Source: Candidatus Poribacteria bacterium (lineage in GTDB: Bacteria; Poribacteria; WGA-4E; PCPOR2b). Taken from it: 64,000 bases of DNA. A program made the translations under genes and the position numbers. This document shows positions 1-10,509 of the stretch, piece after piece (position 1 is the first letter of the stretch; each line of letters opens with the position of its first letter). Location: the NCBI GenBank assembly GCA_965116925.1, contig OZ220744.1, positions 2,752,001 to 2,816,000 on the forward strand, in the 5' to 3' direction. The notes below the pieces were generated by a model. The model was not told where the DNA came from, ran no database searches, and worked only from the letters and a program-made list of their open reading frames with translations.

Positions 1-926
1 TTTATACACCAAAAAATCCCTTTTCGGCAGAGGTCGTGAGTAAATATCGGATTACAGACAGTTCCAGTCCGAACTACGGTTGGCATGTCGTCCTTAATCT
101 GAAGGGAAGCAAAATGGTGGGAAAATATCGCATCGGTCAGAGTATCGGCGTGGTGCCGACTGGACGCTTCAATGACGCTGAGTTCAATTATGCACATGAG
201 GCACTGAACGATAAGATTCGCTTGTATTCAATCACTTCTGCTTGCTGGGGCGATGATTGGAACGGAGAAACCGTATCGCTATGTGTAAAACGCGAAATCG
301 CAGAGGATGCAGAAACAGGCGAATTGGTTTTGGGCGTGGATTCAAACTATATCTGTGATGCAAAGCCCGGCGATGAGATGCTCATCACGGGACCCGTCGG
401 TAAGAGCTTCCTACTACCGGATAACCCGCTCGACTACAATTACGTTTTCACAGCAACGGGAACTGGGATTGCCCCGTTTGTCGGGATGCTCATCGAGTTA
501 TTCAATCAGGGCTTTGAGCGGGAGGTCTGGCTTGTCTTTGGCGTTCCGTATTCGACAGACATCATGTATAACGAAGAATTTCTTTATTTCGCAGAACGCC
601 ACCCGAATTTTCATTATGCAACTGCGATCAGCCGAGAACAGACCAACGCACGCGGCGGCAAGATGTATGTGCAGGACCGGCTCGAAGAGCATCAGGACGA
701 ACTTATCCCCCTGCTAGCACAGCCGGATACCCTGTTTTATATGTGTGGGCTAAAGGGCATGGAATACGGCATCTATCCGTGGCTCTATCGGATCGGATCG
801 AACCTTGTCAACCTTCCGGACGGTCTGACTGTAGCGGACATTGAGGGGTTGCCCCGTGATGCTCCGGAGTGGTCAAAGATTGAGAGGGCGCGAGATAAAG
901 AACGCCTGTTCAAGGAAACGTACTAA
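1..926 (+). CDS. Ferredoxin--NADP+ reductase, plant/PetH type; 5'-truncated by the window edge
   Basis: The frame is open from the window start (YTPKNPF...). Motifs RLYSI, TGTGIAPF, LVFGVP, KMYVQDR, YMCGLKGM and C-terminal ETY match the FNR family. Confidence 0.9.
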   Translation, partial: YTPKNPFSAEVVSKYRITDSSSPNYGWHVVLNLKGSKMVGKYRIGQSIGVVPTGRFNDAEFNYAHEALNDKIRLYSITSACWGDDWNGETVSLCVKREIAEDAETGELVLGVDSNYICDAKPGDEMLITGPVGKSFLLPDNPLDYNYVFTATGTGIAPFVGMLIELFNQGFEREVWLVFGVPYSTDIMYNEEFLYFAERHPNFHYATAISREQTNARGGKMYVQDRLEEHQDELIPLLAQPDTLFYMCGLKGMEYGIYPWLYRIGSNLVNLPDGLTVADIEGLPRDAPEWSKIERARDKERLFKETY

Positions 927-1090
927 AACTTTAGAAGCACATTTGTTCTTCGGTACATTAGTTCATTTTTATCGTCCTACAGGGGTTAATGAAGCATAAT
1001 GCGTAACGAGTCATACGTAACGTCAAAACCTCTGGAAACGGCGAAAAGGACTTACGCATTATTCCTTACGCATCACGTTTCAATCCCCGT

Positions 1091-1915
1091 TTATCCTACC
1101 TCTTCACCATCAAGCCTACCAACCTGCAGATCGATCTCTTCACGGGTCTCCATCTTATCGATTTTGCCGTCCGCCATGTAGAAAATTCGATCCGAGACAT
1201 CAAGCATCTTTGTGTCGTGGGTGGCTGTGATAATCGTGACCCCATTCTCCTCATTTAGACTTTTCAGGAGGTCAATAATTTCAAGCCCGGTCCGTGTGTC
1301 TAGGTTTCCTGTTGGCTCATCCGCGAGGACAATCGCGGGATCGTTTGCGAGGGAGCGCGCAACGGCGACACGTTGTTGCTGACCACCGGAGAGTTCAAGC
1401 GGCTTATGCTGGACCCGTTCTCCTAACCCCACAGTGGTTAGCAGTTCAACCGCTTTTGTGCGGCTATCATCAGCAGTCATCCCAGCGAAAATCATGGGGA
1501 GGGAGACATTTTCGAGGGCGGTCATCACAGGGATGAGGTTGAACGACTGGAAAATGTAACCGATTTTACGGCAGCGCAGCCATGCCAATTCGTAGGCATC
1601 TAGTTGTGCGATATCCACTTCATCTATGTAGACCCTGCCCTCTGTCGGCTTGTCCAAGCCACCGATCATGTTGAAAAGCGTTGACTTACCGGAGCCTGAT
1701 GGTCCCATAATCGAGATGTACTCTCCACGGCGGATTTCAAAGTTGGTGCCTCGCAACGCCTCAACGACAGTGGTGCCCATCTCGTATTTCTTAATTAGAT
1801 TCCTGACCCGTACCGTGTTTTCCTTGGGTAGATCCCTTGCAAATCGGGCGGGCGTTTCTGTCGGCACGGCGGTCTGCCCTGCTGTTTCCGGAGATAGTCC
1901 TTCTAATTCTGCCAT
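1091..1915 (-). CDS. ABC transporter ATP-binding protein, LolD/MacB type
   Basis: Walker A GPSGSGKS, signature LSGGQQQRV, Walker B VLADEPTGNLD, H-loop ATHD. ATG at 1915 directly follows the upstream stop. Confidence 0.95.
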   Translation of the reverse strand: MAELEGLSPETAGQTAVPTETPARFARDLPKENTVRVRNLIKKYEMGTTVVEALRGTNFEIRRGEYISIMGPSGSGKSTLFNMIGGLDKPTEGRVYIDEVDIAQLDAYELAWLRCRKIGYIFQSFNLIPVMTALENVSLPMIFAGMTADDSRTKAVELLTTVGLGERVQHKPLELSGGQQQRVAVARSLANDPAIVLADEPTGNLDTRTGLEIIDLLKSLNEENGVTIITATHDTKMLDVSDRIFYMADGKIDKMETREEIDLQVGRLDGEEVG

Positions 1916-1916
1916 T

Positions 1917-2336
1917 TTACCTGTTTCCTTTCTTCGCTTTTTGGGGAACCGCAAATCCTACCATTCCCCGCTTGCCTAACTGCCGCATAAACGTGAACAG
2001 CGATGTCTCCGCCTCTTTTCTCGTCATGCGATATTTGTCACAAAGTTGTTTGACGATATAACCGATGGAATTATGTCCATCGCATAGTTGCCACACAAAG
2101 CCTCCGACATCGTCCAAGACAACCACACGGTTGGGAGGCAGCATAAAGAGTTTCGCTACCAACTTTAACCACAGCGTCTCCTTCTGAGGAATAACCAATG
2201 CAACTTCCCCTTTGTCATCGACCTCCCATTCGATTAACTGGTTGCGTAGCGGCAATGATTTTAAGATGTCCCCTCGATCCAGTTGGGATTCTGGACGTTT
2301 CTTGAGTCTGAGTTTGTAAAGGATTGCATTAATCAT
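1917..2336 (-). CDS. PqqD-family (RRE-like) protein
   Basis: LDDVGGFVWQLCDG...IVKQLCDKY...FMRQLGKRGMV is the typical PqqD pattern. Confidence 0.8.
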   Translation of the reverse strand: MINAILYKLRLKKRPESQLDRGDILKSLPLRNQLIEWEVDDKGEVALVIPQKETLWLKLVAKLFMLPPNRVVVLDDVGGFVWQLCDGHNSIGYIVKQLCDKYRMTRKEAETSLFTFMRQLGKRGMVGFAVPQKAKKGNR

Positions 2337-2385
2337 CGGTCTATTTGGTTCATTGGTACATTAGTTCATTGGTACATTATCCGTG

Positions 2386-2640
2386 CTATAGCGCAATTTC
2401 TGCCGTCGCGTACGCGAGAGCAAAGAGGAGGAATAGTATAGCGTAACCAATTTTTGAATTGCAATCAGGAAACTTCCTTTTGAGATCCGTTGCACAATAC
2501 ACGGCAACCGCTGCGGAACCTGTTAGGCTCACGCCGAGAAAAATCGGATCTGGAATGTCGAGTTCTCCGATGAAGTACCCCATCAAACCACAGAGAATAC
2601 ACCACAAGAACCAGACGGGACCAGAATCATACCACTTCAT
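2386..2640 (-). CDS. Small membrane protein (~84 aa, ~3 TM)
   Basis: ATG at 2640 after a purine-rich RBS; three hydrophobic segments. Confidence 0.6.
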   Translation of the reverse strand: MKWYDSGPVWFLWCILCGLMGYFIGELDIPDPIFLGVSLTGSAAVAVYCATDLKRKFPDCNSKIGYAILFLLFALAYATAEIAL

Positions 2641-2711
2641 CTCTCTTTCCCCCTTTGCCGTAATTGTGGTGCGTGGGTTCATGTTACGTTTCACGTTTCA
2701 CGCGTCACGTT

Positions 2712-3641
2712 TTAATGACGCCGGATGCTCGCCGCAATCTCTTCGGCTGTTCTCGCTGCATCCTGTTTGGCGATCGCTTGGACGACGTAGATCCGATTGG
2801 AGTGATGACAGTACCAGAGGTTCACGGCGAAAGTTTTGCGACGCATAATTTTGTCGATCACCAGCGCGGGACCAAAAGGCACGCGGTCTATGAGACGAGT
2901 TTCCTCTCCGATTAACGTTAGCCGTTCTTCTGCATCGCCGTTGCTGGATTCAATTGAGAAGCCATATCCACGGATGGCTTTGGCGTATCTCCCTCGAAAC
3001 CACTCCTCAAGATCTTGTTCCTTGAGCGTAACATCTGCGACTCCATACCGTTCGATGCTAACTTTTCGACTTCCATCTACGAACGAAAAGAGCAGGTAGC
3101 CCGACAACAGTTTATGCTTGTCGAGGCGATACCGCCGCGGAACTTCTGCATTGAGTTGGTAGGCACTCCAGAGCGTCGCCTGTCCTACCGGGTGATCTTG
3201 AACCGACCTAAATATTCGGCTAGTTGTCTCCTTAATATTTTCCTTGAGATGTCCCATAACCTGCACGATTGTAATTCGCTTGCAGATATGGCAGTGGAAG
3301 ATAACGCCGCTCGCCCGAAAATCGCCCTTCCAGTTGAAGAAAACAACCTCTCTGTCCTCGAAAAACGCCTCATCCTTGATTAGATTGACGTTACGCTGGA
3401 TGTGCAGGTTTGTATCTTTGCGTTTATAATTTTTGCGGACGAGCTTGAAATAGTCGTCGAGGACCTTTTGGAGGTCTGGTTTCTTCTGCTTTGATTCAGA
3501 CCATTTTAACTCAAGGCGCGGCATATCCGCGTCCTCTAGGCGCAGGTATCCACTTTTATCGTCACCAGATAATCCACTCAATTCCCAATCTGCGGGTAGT
3601 TCAAGGGTAATGCCACCCCACCCTAAAGTTGTCCATTCCAT
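2712..3641 (-). CDS. Hypothetical soluble protein of the transporter operon, with two internally similar halves
   Basis: 309-aa ORF; similar segments W.G...ELP..W.L...SG...SGYL and W.AY..EVP..Y.L....L.SGYL. Confidence 0.7.
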   Translation of the reverse strand: MEWTTLGWGGITLELPADWELSGLSGDDKSGYLRLEDADMPRLELKWSESKQKKPDLQKVLDDYFKLVRKNYKRKDTNLHIQRNVNLIKDEAFFEDREVVFFNWKGDFRASGVIFHCHICKRITIVQVMGHLKENIKETTSRIFRSVQDHPVGQATLWSAYQLNAEVPRRYRLDKHKLLSGYLLFSFVDGSRKVSIERYGVADVTLKEQDLEEWFRGRYAKAIRGYGFSIESSNGDAEERLTLIGEETRLIDRVPFGPALVIDKIMRRKTFAVNLWYCHHSNRIYVVQAIAKQDAARTAEEIAASIRRH

Positions 3642-3681
3642 AGTTGGTTCATCGGTACATTAGTTCATTGATTATGAAGTT

Positions 3682-3814
3682 GGCTCATGTTAAGAAAGCG
3701 TGCAACAGCAACCGAGTTTTCGTAGGGGTTGGGTCACCCAACCCTTACGGCGGGCGGGGAAACCCCGCCCCTACGATTTCGCTTCATATTTTGCACTTTC
3801 TTTTTACATGAGCC
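3682..3814. mobile_element. MITE-like element with a GTAG-type REP core
   Basis: Terminal inverted repeats GGCTCATGT...ACATGAGCC; 8-bp direct repeat ATGAAGTT on both flanks (3674-3681 and 3815-3822). Confidence 0.75.
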
Positions 3815-3878
3815 ATGAAGTTAACGGTTGAGGGCATCTAGGGCTTCCACACATGTCACTGATGGTCCCTGACGAATC

Positions 3879-4610
3879 TTAAAGCATTGGACTGTCAGGT
3901 CTGGGATTAGTCTCAGTCCTCTTATTCTCGGAAATCTTGGGGGTAGTGGACGAAGGAATTTCAAGTCCGGTCAAATTCTTAAGAATGGAACGAGCAGCCA
4001 TATGTACCAATTCATCAACAGCCCGTTTGTAAGTCCACTGATCCCCTGTTTGTACAGAAATCTCACCTGTTCCTTCCCAGACGACATCACCCATTGTACA
4101 TGACCAGACTTGTCCAAATATATTCATTTTGATTTCTTTTACTACTAATGGGTCTTTGCTCAAGATCCTTGGTGCAAGTCCCTCTGTTTGTGATTGCTCT
4201 AAGAGTTCGACGTACAATAGATATTCGACACCTACCACTGTCCCAATTTTTATCAGACTGCCTTTGTTCAAGATAGCTGAACGGTTATAGTTGTTTATCA
4301 GTCGTGAATAGTCTTCTATCAATCCCGCATTGCTGATTAAGGCTATTGTTTCAAGGTCCCCTATAAACTTACCTTCAGGAAATTTATTGCTAAGATCTTT
4401 ATTCAACTTATTTCCAAACGGTCTTCGTAATCCTTCCTGACTGGCGCTGGCAACAACAGGAAGTAAGCCCAATCCTCCTGCAGCGAGTGCCCCCTGTTTA
4501 GATTCTGTGGCAAAATAATCGAATTTGACATTCTGTGTAATAGGCGCTGCACAACCTGAAAAAATCACCAACATAAGGGGGAACAGTTTTTGGTGTATTG
4601 ATCGTTTCAT
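3879..4610 (-). CDS. Putative lipoprotein, possibly LpoB/CsgG-like
   Basis: Signal peptide with lipobox FSGC; C-terminal TMGDVVWEG strand; more AT-rich than neighbours. Confidence 0.65.
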   Translation of the reverse strand: MKRSIHQKLFPLMLVIFSGCAAPITQNVKFDYFATESKQGALAAGGLGLLPVVASASQEGLRRPFGNKLNKDLSNKFPEGKFIGDLETIALISNAGLIEDYSRLINNYNRSAILNKGSLIKIGTVVGVEYLLYVELLEQSQTEGLAPRILSKDPLVVKEIKMNIFGQVWSCTMGDVVWEGTGEISVQTGDQWTYKRAVDELVHMAARSILKNLTGLEIPSSTTPKISENKRTETNPRPDSPML

Positions 4611-4716
4611 CGGTTTTTCCTCTTTGAATGTCGAGATATGAATCTCGACCTACACGATCTGGTTACAGCACATTGCCTTGAATCCCGATTTATCGGGGCG
4701 GAGTGTGCCCACTACT

Positions 4717-6714
4717 TTAGAAAGGCTTGACAATCACCGCTTTAGAGACTAGCGCAATTGCAACCGTTCCCATTCCAATCAGTCCGACACCACAGACAAA
4801 GCCTGCTGCTAAAACGGGATTAAACATGAACCATCGTTTCAGTCCGAATATCTTAATCATGTAAAATCGACCGATAATTGCTCCCATTACCTTTGGAAGC
4901 ATCATGCCTGGATCTGCTCCGATGCCGCCGACGATCCCGTAGAACCACATACTCGGCATCTTTGCCACCCAGAGTATGCCGTAGATTGCCAGCGAGGAGG
5001 CGAAGCCTGCCGCAACATAGTTGCCACGAATGGCTTGCAACATCTGGCTGTTTCCGTCACGAAGCGAGGTTTTCCAGAGGCATTCGTTGGTCGCATAGAG
5101 GGGCCACCACGTCTGTGCGAATGGGTATTGCGCCGACGGAATTGGCGCAACTTTCCAGACAAAATGCCAGACCACAATGCCGGAGACGATCAGGATCGGC
5201 ATAAGCAGCAATCGTGCAGCGATACTACTGGTGAAGGTGGTGCCTGTCAATTCGAGGACACGCCAACTTTGGGTGCCACGTCCGTAGTCTTCGTCCGGCA
5301 GCGGGACGAACCAGATATCGATCTCCTCATAACGACTCAGGATAAATGTAGTTTCGTGGAGATAAGGGATCTCGAAAAGGTCACGGCCGAGGATCCCGTA
5401 CGTTCGCGCAGTGATGTATGAATTGATCGGGGTGTACAAAAAGGCGAATCCGATAAGGAAAACCAGTGGGAAGTTCGGCGCCATATAGGTGTGGACAATA
5501 TAGATAAAAGTGGTCATCCCAAAGAGCCATAGGATTGCCATCAACCAGAGCGGAAAATCGCCGCGTCCCGGTGGTGGTTCTCTTAACGATCTGCCTGCCC
5601 CTGTCTGTTCCTGTCGGGCTTGCTTAAACTTTATCACCATCGGAATCGAGGCTGCCATGCCAACGAGGGCGAAGCTGAACGATTTTCCCATCCCAAAGCT
5701 AATCCAAAAATCGAGACCGTTATATAAGCCTACACCGCGGACATCCAAGCCGGGACGCCACTGATGTAAAATCTCTGCGGGATAGAGAAGTCGTGGGTTC
5801 AGAATAAACTGGGTAAAGAATGCCCCTGCCAGCTCCGTCATGATAATGGGAAATGGCAGCACAAAACCGGTGAGTACCGCTCCGAAGTCGGTCGATAATG
5901 CGAATACACCTGTTGGCGCGATTTCTTCAATTACATTCGTGAAATCGATAAATGGAATTTTCAGGAGCTGTATCGGCGTTGTCATCATCACGCCTGTAAG
6001 TGAGGGGATACCGATATAGATAAATCCCCAGATCAAACCCGCCATAGATCCGACCGAAAAAACCCGCCACCGCCACGTTTCGACACGTCCGGTGGTTTCT
6101 GCTAAGGCGGTCGCGCCCTGTGCTTCGATGGGTGCCATTGGGTAGGGTAGCCGCTCCATATCCGCTGTCAGTCGAAACAGAAAGTAGCCTGCACTGATAT
6201 AGCGGATCTCCCCCAGCAGCTTGAATATCAGGAAGAATGCGATGGGCCAGAACCAGTCCATGTGCAAGAGCGAACGCTCTGCAATCGCTATCGCATCTTT
6301 CGGCGGCACAATCCAGAAAGGGATTTTATCCGCAATTTCATACGACGCAGCTTGTGGCGTATTGATAAAGTATGCGTACCAGATAAAGCCGCGATACTGA
6401 CCCCCGGACCCGACCGCTGCACCGGTGAGTCCAAGTAACATATAAAGCTCTTGTCGCCGAGCGGTTGTGAAAGATCGACGGGCTAGCTCTGTGAACAGGA
6501 TAACTGCGACCCACGGTGCTGCCCCTGCCCCGGATTGACCAGAGACGAGGGTCAGGTAGATTGACCCCGGCATCATCAGCAAGCCGACAAAAAGTGCGCC
6601 CAAAAAGACCTTCAGCGTTAGACCCGATTCAAAAGTGCGGATACCACCATCGATGTCGTAGCGCTGTGCCCAAACTTGCCACTCTTCTGCTTGTGTAATT
6701 CGTTCTCTTGCCAT
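4717..6714 (-). CDS. OPT-like polytopic peptide transporter, paralog 2
   Basis: 665 aa with many TM segments; motifs YLTLVSG, RQELY, ERLPYP, NPVLAAGF. Confidence 0.75.
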   Translation of the reverse strand: MARERITQAEEWQVWAQRYDIDGGIRTFESGLTLKVFLGALFVGLLMMPGSIYLTLVSGQSGAGAAPWVAVILFTELARRSFTTARRQELYMLLGLTGAAVGSGGQYRGFIWYAYFINTPQAASYEIADKIPFWIVPPKDAIAIAERSLLHMDWFWPIAFFLIFKLLGEIRYISAGYFLFRLTADMERLPYPMAPIEAQGATALAETTGRVETWRWRVFSVGSMAGLIWGFIYIGIPSLTGVMMTTPIQLLKIPFIDFTNVIEEIAPTGVFALSTDFGAVLTGFVLPFPIIMTELAGAFFTQFILNPRLLYPAEILHQWRPGLDVRGVGLYNGLDFWISFGMGKSFSFALVGMAASIPMVIKFKQARQEQTGAGRSLREPPPGRGDFPLWLMAILWLFGMTTFIYIVHTYMAPNFPLVFLIGFAFLYTPINSYITARTYGILGRDLFEIPYLHETTFILSRYEEIDIWFVPLPDEDYGRGTQSWRVLELTGTTFTSSIAARLLLMPILIVSGIVVWHFVWKVAPIPSAQYPFAQTWWPLYATNECLWKTSLRDGNSQMLQAIRGNYVAAGFASSLAIYGILWVAKMPSMWFYGIVGGIGADPGMMLPKVMGAIIGRFYMIKIFGLKRWFMFNPVLAAGFVCGVGLIGMGTVAIALVSKAVIVKPF

Positions 6715-6978
6715 AACAACCTAAGTCCATTAGTTCAAGGGTTCATGGCTAATTAAGTTACATTAAGGGACTCGATCCGAAACGATTCGGTCCTTCAGTG
6801 CCTTTAATGAGAAGAAGATTCTCCAAACTATCATCGCAATAGGAAGTCTCAGTTATGCTCAATTTCAGTTAGGTGTTGAGATATGAATCTCGACCTACTT
6901 ACCCAATCGGGAATCTATGTTTGTTTGGGGAATAACAATCCTCGTTTTCTGTTTCTTCTGTATGCTGCTCTATCCACG

Positions 6979-8073
6979 TTAGTCCAATGCTTGTAGGAAC
7001 GCTTCAAAACTGGAGGCTTGGATTGCTCTGAGATGCAGTTGTGTCAGACGCTCGGTATCTAGTATCAATTCAAGTTTCTGCTGAACGTGTTGTAGGTTAT
7101 TCTGCGGGAATCTCGCATTGAGTACTGAGAGAATATTTTTGATAGTAGTTTCGCGCGCGCCTTGTTCAATGCCTTGTTCAATACCTTGTGCCTTGCCTTG
7201 TTCAATGCCTTGTGCCTTGCCACGTTCAAGCAGCACTTCTGCCATTGACTGTGCCATTGAGGATACCTCCATTTCTTCTGTATGCCGATCTACCAAGGTT
7301 AGTAACTCGTTGTGTTCTTCAGCAGGACGGCGATGCAGAATCAATAACAACAGATACATAATTGCTCTATACCGCTGCTCCGATTCTGTCACATCCAGCG
7401 AGTTCAACTGTGATAGTGCTTGAACCAACGCTTCGCTTAGTGCCTCTCGACTTGCACCCTCTTTTTGAAGAACCGTTAGCAGCCAGCCCAACGGGTGCCC
7501 TGTCTTTGTTAAATCCGTCTCATCTGTTTCCTTCACGCTTAAAAACAAAGTGTCAAATTTGGGAACAAACCGAGAGAGTAGGTCCGGAATGTCCATTATG
7601 TCAGTGAGTGCCAAGGAAACGCTCCAACGCCGTTCCCCCGTATATAACACCATCGGGAGGATCGGACGCAAACGCCGCTCACTTCCCGGAACATCATCTG
7701 ACTCCCATTCCCTACGTTGTGCGTCCCACAGTTGCGTCATGTAAAACAGCACTCGAAATCCCATCAGCGGATCTACTGTAGATTGGTGTTCAAGCAAGAT
7801 ATAGATGAGCAGTTCATCGGTTTCCGAACCCCGCCGAAATGGCACGCTGAACACGAGGTCCGATTCCTGTTCTCGGAGTGTGTCAGAAATGAAGCTTCTG
7901 TTGAGTGGTGTAAGTTGGTCAAAATCTAAAAACGCTACCAGCTCGTTTGCAACGATTTCTACCAAGCCACGGACATATTGCTTGTCTTGGAACAACCACC
8001 GCGCGCTTCGGTCAGGAAAGTGTTCAATCGGAAAATCGACAGAAGCGCGTTCTTCTGTTTCCTCAGTTTGCAT
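6979..8073 (-). CDS. Rpn/YhgA-family PD-(D/E)XK nuclease (putative transposase)
   Basis: ESDLVF, YILLEHQS, RPILPMVLYTG and C-terminal GIEQG repeats. Confidence 0.9.
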   Translation of the reverse strand: MQTEETEERASVDFPIEHFPDRSARWLFQDKQYVRGLVEIVANELVAFLDFDQLTPLNRSFISDTLREQESDLVFSVPFRRGSETDELLIYILLEHQSTVDPLMGFRVLFYMTQLWDAQRREWESDDVPGSERRLRPILPMVLYTGERRWSVSLALTDIMDIPDLLSRFVPKFDTLFLSVKETDETDLTKTGHPLGWLLTVLQKEGASREALSEALVQALSQLNSLDVTESEQRYRAIMYLLLLILHRRPAEEHNELLTLVDRHTEEMEVSSMAQSMAEVLLERGKAQGIEQGKAQGIEQGIEQGARETTIKNILSVLNARFPQNNLQHVQQKLELILDTERLTQLHLRAIQASSFEAFLQALD

Positions 8074-8100
8074 AGTTTGATGAACTATTGAACCAATGAG

Positions 8101-10098
8101 CTAAAACGGCTTGACAATAACCGCTTTGGAGACTAGTGCGATTGCAACCGTTCCCATGCCAACAAGCCCGACACCACAGATGAAGCCTGCCGCCAAGACG
8201 GGATTATACATGAACCATCGTTTCAGACCAAACTGTTTGATCATGTAAAACCGACCGATGAGGGCACCCACCACTTTTGGAACCATCATCCCCGGGTCTT
8301 GACCGATCCCCCCAACAATGCCGTAGAACCACATACTTGGCGCCTTTGCCATCCAGAGCAGCCCGTAAATTGCCACTGAGGAGGTAAAGCCGGCTGACAC
8401 GTAATCGCCGCGAATGGCTTGTAACATCTGGCTATTTCCATCTCGAAGTGAGGTTTTCCAGAGACATTCATCGGTTGCGTAGAGAGGCCACCATGTCTGT
8501 GCAAAGGGATACTGTGAGGACGGGATAGGTGCGATCTGCCAGATGAAATGCCAGACCACGATTGTCGCAACAATCAAGAGCGGCACCATCAAGGCACGCG
8601 CTAGGACGTCGCTGGTGAAAGTTGTGCCGGTCAATTCAAGCACACGCCAATGCTGCGTACCCGCTCCGTAATCTTCATCTGGCAGGTGGACAAACCAGAT
8701 ATCAATCTCCTCGTAGCGGCTTAAAATAAACGTTGCCTGATGGATGTAGGGCAGCACGAAGAGCGGTCGCCCTAACACTCCAAATGTTCGTGCGTTGATA
8801 TAGGAGTGCAAAGGGGTATACAGAAAGGCAAAGCCGAGGAGGAAAGAAACGGGAAAGTTCGGGACCATCCGATGCACAATCCATACATACACCACCATGC
8901 TGAGACCCCATAAGCCGCCCATGAACCAAATTGGGAAATCACCACGTCCCGGCGGCGTTTGCAGCGAGCCTCGCGCCCCCGCCTCTTGTTGTTTTTTCCT
9001 TCTGAGGCTCAACATGATTGGGATGGACGCTGCCAAACCGACGGCAGCAAAGCTGAAGGATTTGCCCATGTTGAAACTCAACCAGAAATCGAGGTCATTA
9101 AACAGCTTAACGCCACGCATATCCAAGCCCGGACGCCACTGATGTAGGATCTCCAATGGGTAGAGGATTCGCGGGTTCAGGATAAACTGGGTGAACATCG
9201 CTGCAACGAATTCGCTAATAATAAGTGGAAACGGTAGCACAAACCCCTGTAGCATCATGCCAAAATCTGTCCATAGGGCAAACATCCCCGATGGTGCAAA
9301 GCTTTCGATGCTTGGGGTGAAGTCAATAAATGGGATTTTCAGAATCTGTATCGGTGTTGACATCATCACGCCTGTGAGCGCAGGAATACCGATATAGAAA
9401 AACCCCCAGAACAGTCCCGCCATGGAACCGATTGAAAAGACACGCCAACGCCATGTTTCGCCCTGACCCGTGGTTTCGGCTAATGCGGTCGCGCCTTGCG
9501 CTTGAATCGGTGCCAACGGGTAGGGGAGTCGCTCTAAATCTGCTGTCAGACGGAACAGAAAATAGCTCGCGCTAATATAGCGAACCTCTGCTAGCAACTT
9601 CATGACCAGAAAGATCGCAAGGGGCCAGAACCAATCCATATGCAACAGCGAACGCTCTGCAATTGCCATCGCGTCCTTTGCGGGTGCAACCCAATAAGGG
9701 ACTTTGTCCGCGATTTCATACGACTGTGCCTGCGGCGTGTTGATAAAGTAGGCGTACCAGACAAACGGATAGGCACGATATTGGATTCCAGAACCGACCG
9801 CCATGCCGGTTAGTCCCAGCAAAATGTAAAGTTCTTGTCTCCTTGCAGTTGTGAAAGACCGGCGCGCCAATTCTGTAAATAGAATGACCGCCACCCAAGG
9901 CGCAGCACCTGCGCCCGACTGACCTGCAACTAAGGTCAGATAGATTGACCCCGGCATCATCAATAGACCGATGAAGAGTGCACCTAGAAAGACTTTCAAG
10001 GTTAAGCCGGACTCAAAGGTTCTTAAACCGCCTTCAACATCATAACGTTGTGCCCAAGCTTGCCACTCTTCTGCTTGCGACACCCTTTCTCTTGCCAA
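8101..10098 (-). CDS. OPT-like polytopic peptide transporter, paralog 1
   Basis: 665 aa; TTG start after AGGAG; colinear and highly similar to 4717-6714. Confidence 0.75.
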   Translation of the reverse strand: MARERVSQAEEWQAWAQRYDVEGGLRTFESGLTLKVFLGALFIGLLMMPGSIYLTLVAGQSGAGAAPWVAVILFTELARRSFTTARRQELYILLGLTGMAVGSGIQYRAYPFVWYAYFINTPQAQSYEIADKVPYWVAPAKDAMAIAERSLLHMDWFWPLAIFLVMKLLAEVRYISASYFLFRLTADLERLPYPLAPIQAQGATALAETTGQGETWRWRVFSIGSMAGLFWGFFYIGIPALTGVMMSTPIQILKIPFIDFTPSIESFAPSGMFALWTDFGMMLQGFVLPFPLIISEFVAAMFTQFILNPRILYPLEILHQWRPGLDMRGVKLFNDLDFWLSFNMGKSFSFAAVGLAASIPIMLSLRRKKQQEAGARGSLQTPPGRGDFPIWFMGGLWGLSMVVYVWIVHRMVPNFPVSFLLGFAFLYTPLHSYINARTFGVLGRPLFVLPYIHQATFILSRYEEIDIWFVHLPDEDYGAGTQHWRVLELTGTTFTSDVLARALMVPLLIVATIVVWHFIWQIAPIPSSQYPFAQTWWPLYATDECLWKTSLRDGNSQMLQAIRGDYVSAGFTSSVAIYGLLWMAKAPSMWFYGIVGGIGQDPGMMVPKVVGALIGRFYMIKQFGLKRWFMYNPVLAAGFICGVGLVGMGTVAIALVSKAVIVKPF

Positions 10099-10341
10099 AT
10101 TTATGCTCCTTTCAGGACGCGAAGCGTAAAACGTAAAACGTGAAACGTGAAGGGAATGGGTAAATACAGGTTTTTAATGAAACACAGTTGTAAGATGTGT
10201 TCATGAGCTCAACCCTTCATTGGTATATTGCTTGGTTACCGATTTCTTAAAATCTTACATAACCACGAATCCACGATAACGAAATAGGGAGATTTGAAGC
10301 AATCTTTTCTCACGTTTCACACATCACGTTTCACGATCCTG

Positions 10342-10509
10342 CTATTTTTTTTCTCGAAAAAGCTCTTCCCAAACGTGGGCGATAATAATTCCAACAATGA
10401 GAATTAGGGCAGCGAGTAGTTGTGCCTGCCATCTGCCTTGCATAGCAAAAATCGAAAATACCCAAAAAATTGCACCGATAAAAATTAAGACATACGCTAG
10501 TTTTTCCAT
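10342..10509 (-). CDS. Small 2-TM membrane protein (55 aa), absent from the ORF track
   Basis: MEKLAYVLIFIGAIFWVFSIFAMQGRWQAQLLAALILIVGIIIAHVWEELFREKK*; AAGGAG RBS right after the giant gene's stop. Confidence 0.65.
   Translation of the reverse strand: MEKLAYVLIFIGAIFWVFSIFAMQGRWQAQLLAALILIVGIIIAHVWEELFREKK

Noticed and set aside
1917..2336. PqqD as evidence for a PQQ or RiPP biosynthetic cluster
   Set aside because: No pqqBCE, radical SAM, YcaO or lanthipeptide enzymes are in the window.
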